NCBI GenBank assembly: GCA_001949185.1
Contig: BDGG01000010.1
Coordinates: 35,001-99,000 of the forward strand
Direction of reading: 5' to 3'
From: Ramazzottius varieornatus
Lineage: Eukaryota; Animalia; Tardigrada
Length of the DNA stretch: 64,000 nucleotides
This document shows positions 63,831-64,000 of this stretch, piece after piece. Positions within the stretch are counted from its first letter, which is position 1. Each line of letters opens with the position of its first letter. Made by a program: the position numbers and the translations under genes. The notes below the pieces were generated by a model. That model saw only the letters and a list, made by a program, of their open reading frames with translations. It did no database searches and was not told the origin of the DNA.

Positions 63831-64000
63831 AGTATTTAGTGCAGGCTTGTGAGTTTTGGGGTACGAATCTTGCAGTACAGAGGCATTTTCTAATATAAGC
63901 CCAAGATGGCGGTCTATACCCGGTATACCGCGTTCAGGATCACTTACCGTCGAAAGTAAAAGTTGAAGTGTAGTTCAAAATACGCGAAGACATCCGCCAG

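Noticed and set aside
1-64000. Prokaryotic systems (CRISPR arrays, operons, SMC/Mre11 defence systems such as Wadjet or SbcCD), tRNA and rRNA genes
   Set aside because: Genes contain spliceosomal introns and are eukaryotic orthologs; no repeat-spacer array or structural RNA gene was recognised.

Overview
Compact, intron-rich eukaryotic (animal) DNA with short GT-AG introns. Gene content suggests a eutardigrade such as Ramazzottius; this is inference, not a database match. Two clusters of conserved genes flank a ~37 kb accessory block. Left cluster: divergent SMC5 (runs off the left edge), PNISR, a small membrane micropeptide candidate, a GAS2-like gene and UFD1. Right cluster: a corazonin/GnRH-superfamily neuropeptide precursor, an intact six-exon MRE11, a head-to-head [S/G]YG-Q-rich low-complexity gene and a decayed F-box-like gene. 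The middle block (~18-55 kb) holds nested DNA transposons: three pogo-like elements (one with an intact transposase inside ~650-bp inverted repeats), a hAT with a nested non-autonomous hAT, a DUF4371-type hAT remnant followed by an apparently circularly permuted Ulp1/adenain-like protease exon, and many MITEs. It also holds damaged receptor-type genes: a GPCR, a natriuretic-peptide-receptor-like gene, a BTB gene and a bacterial-like/AMNP-like domain fused to a transmembrane helix. Exon boundaries were read by eye and family assignments come from motif recognition; no searches were run.
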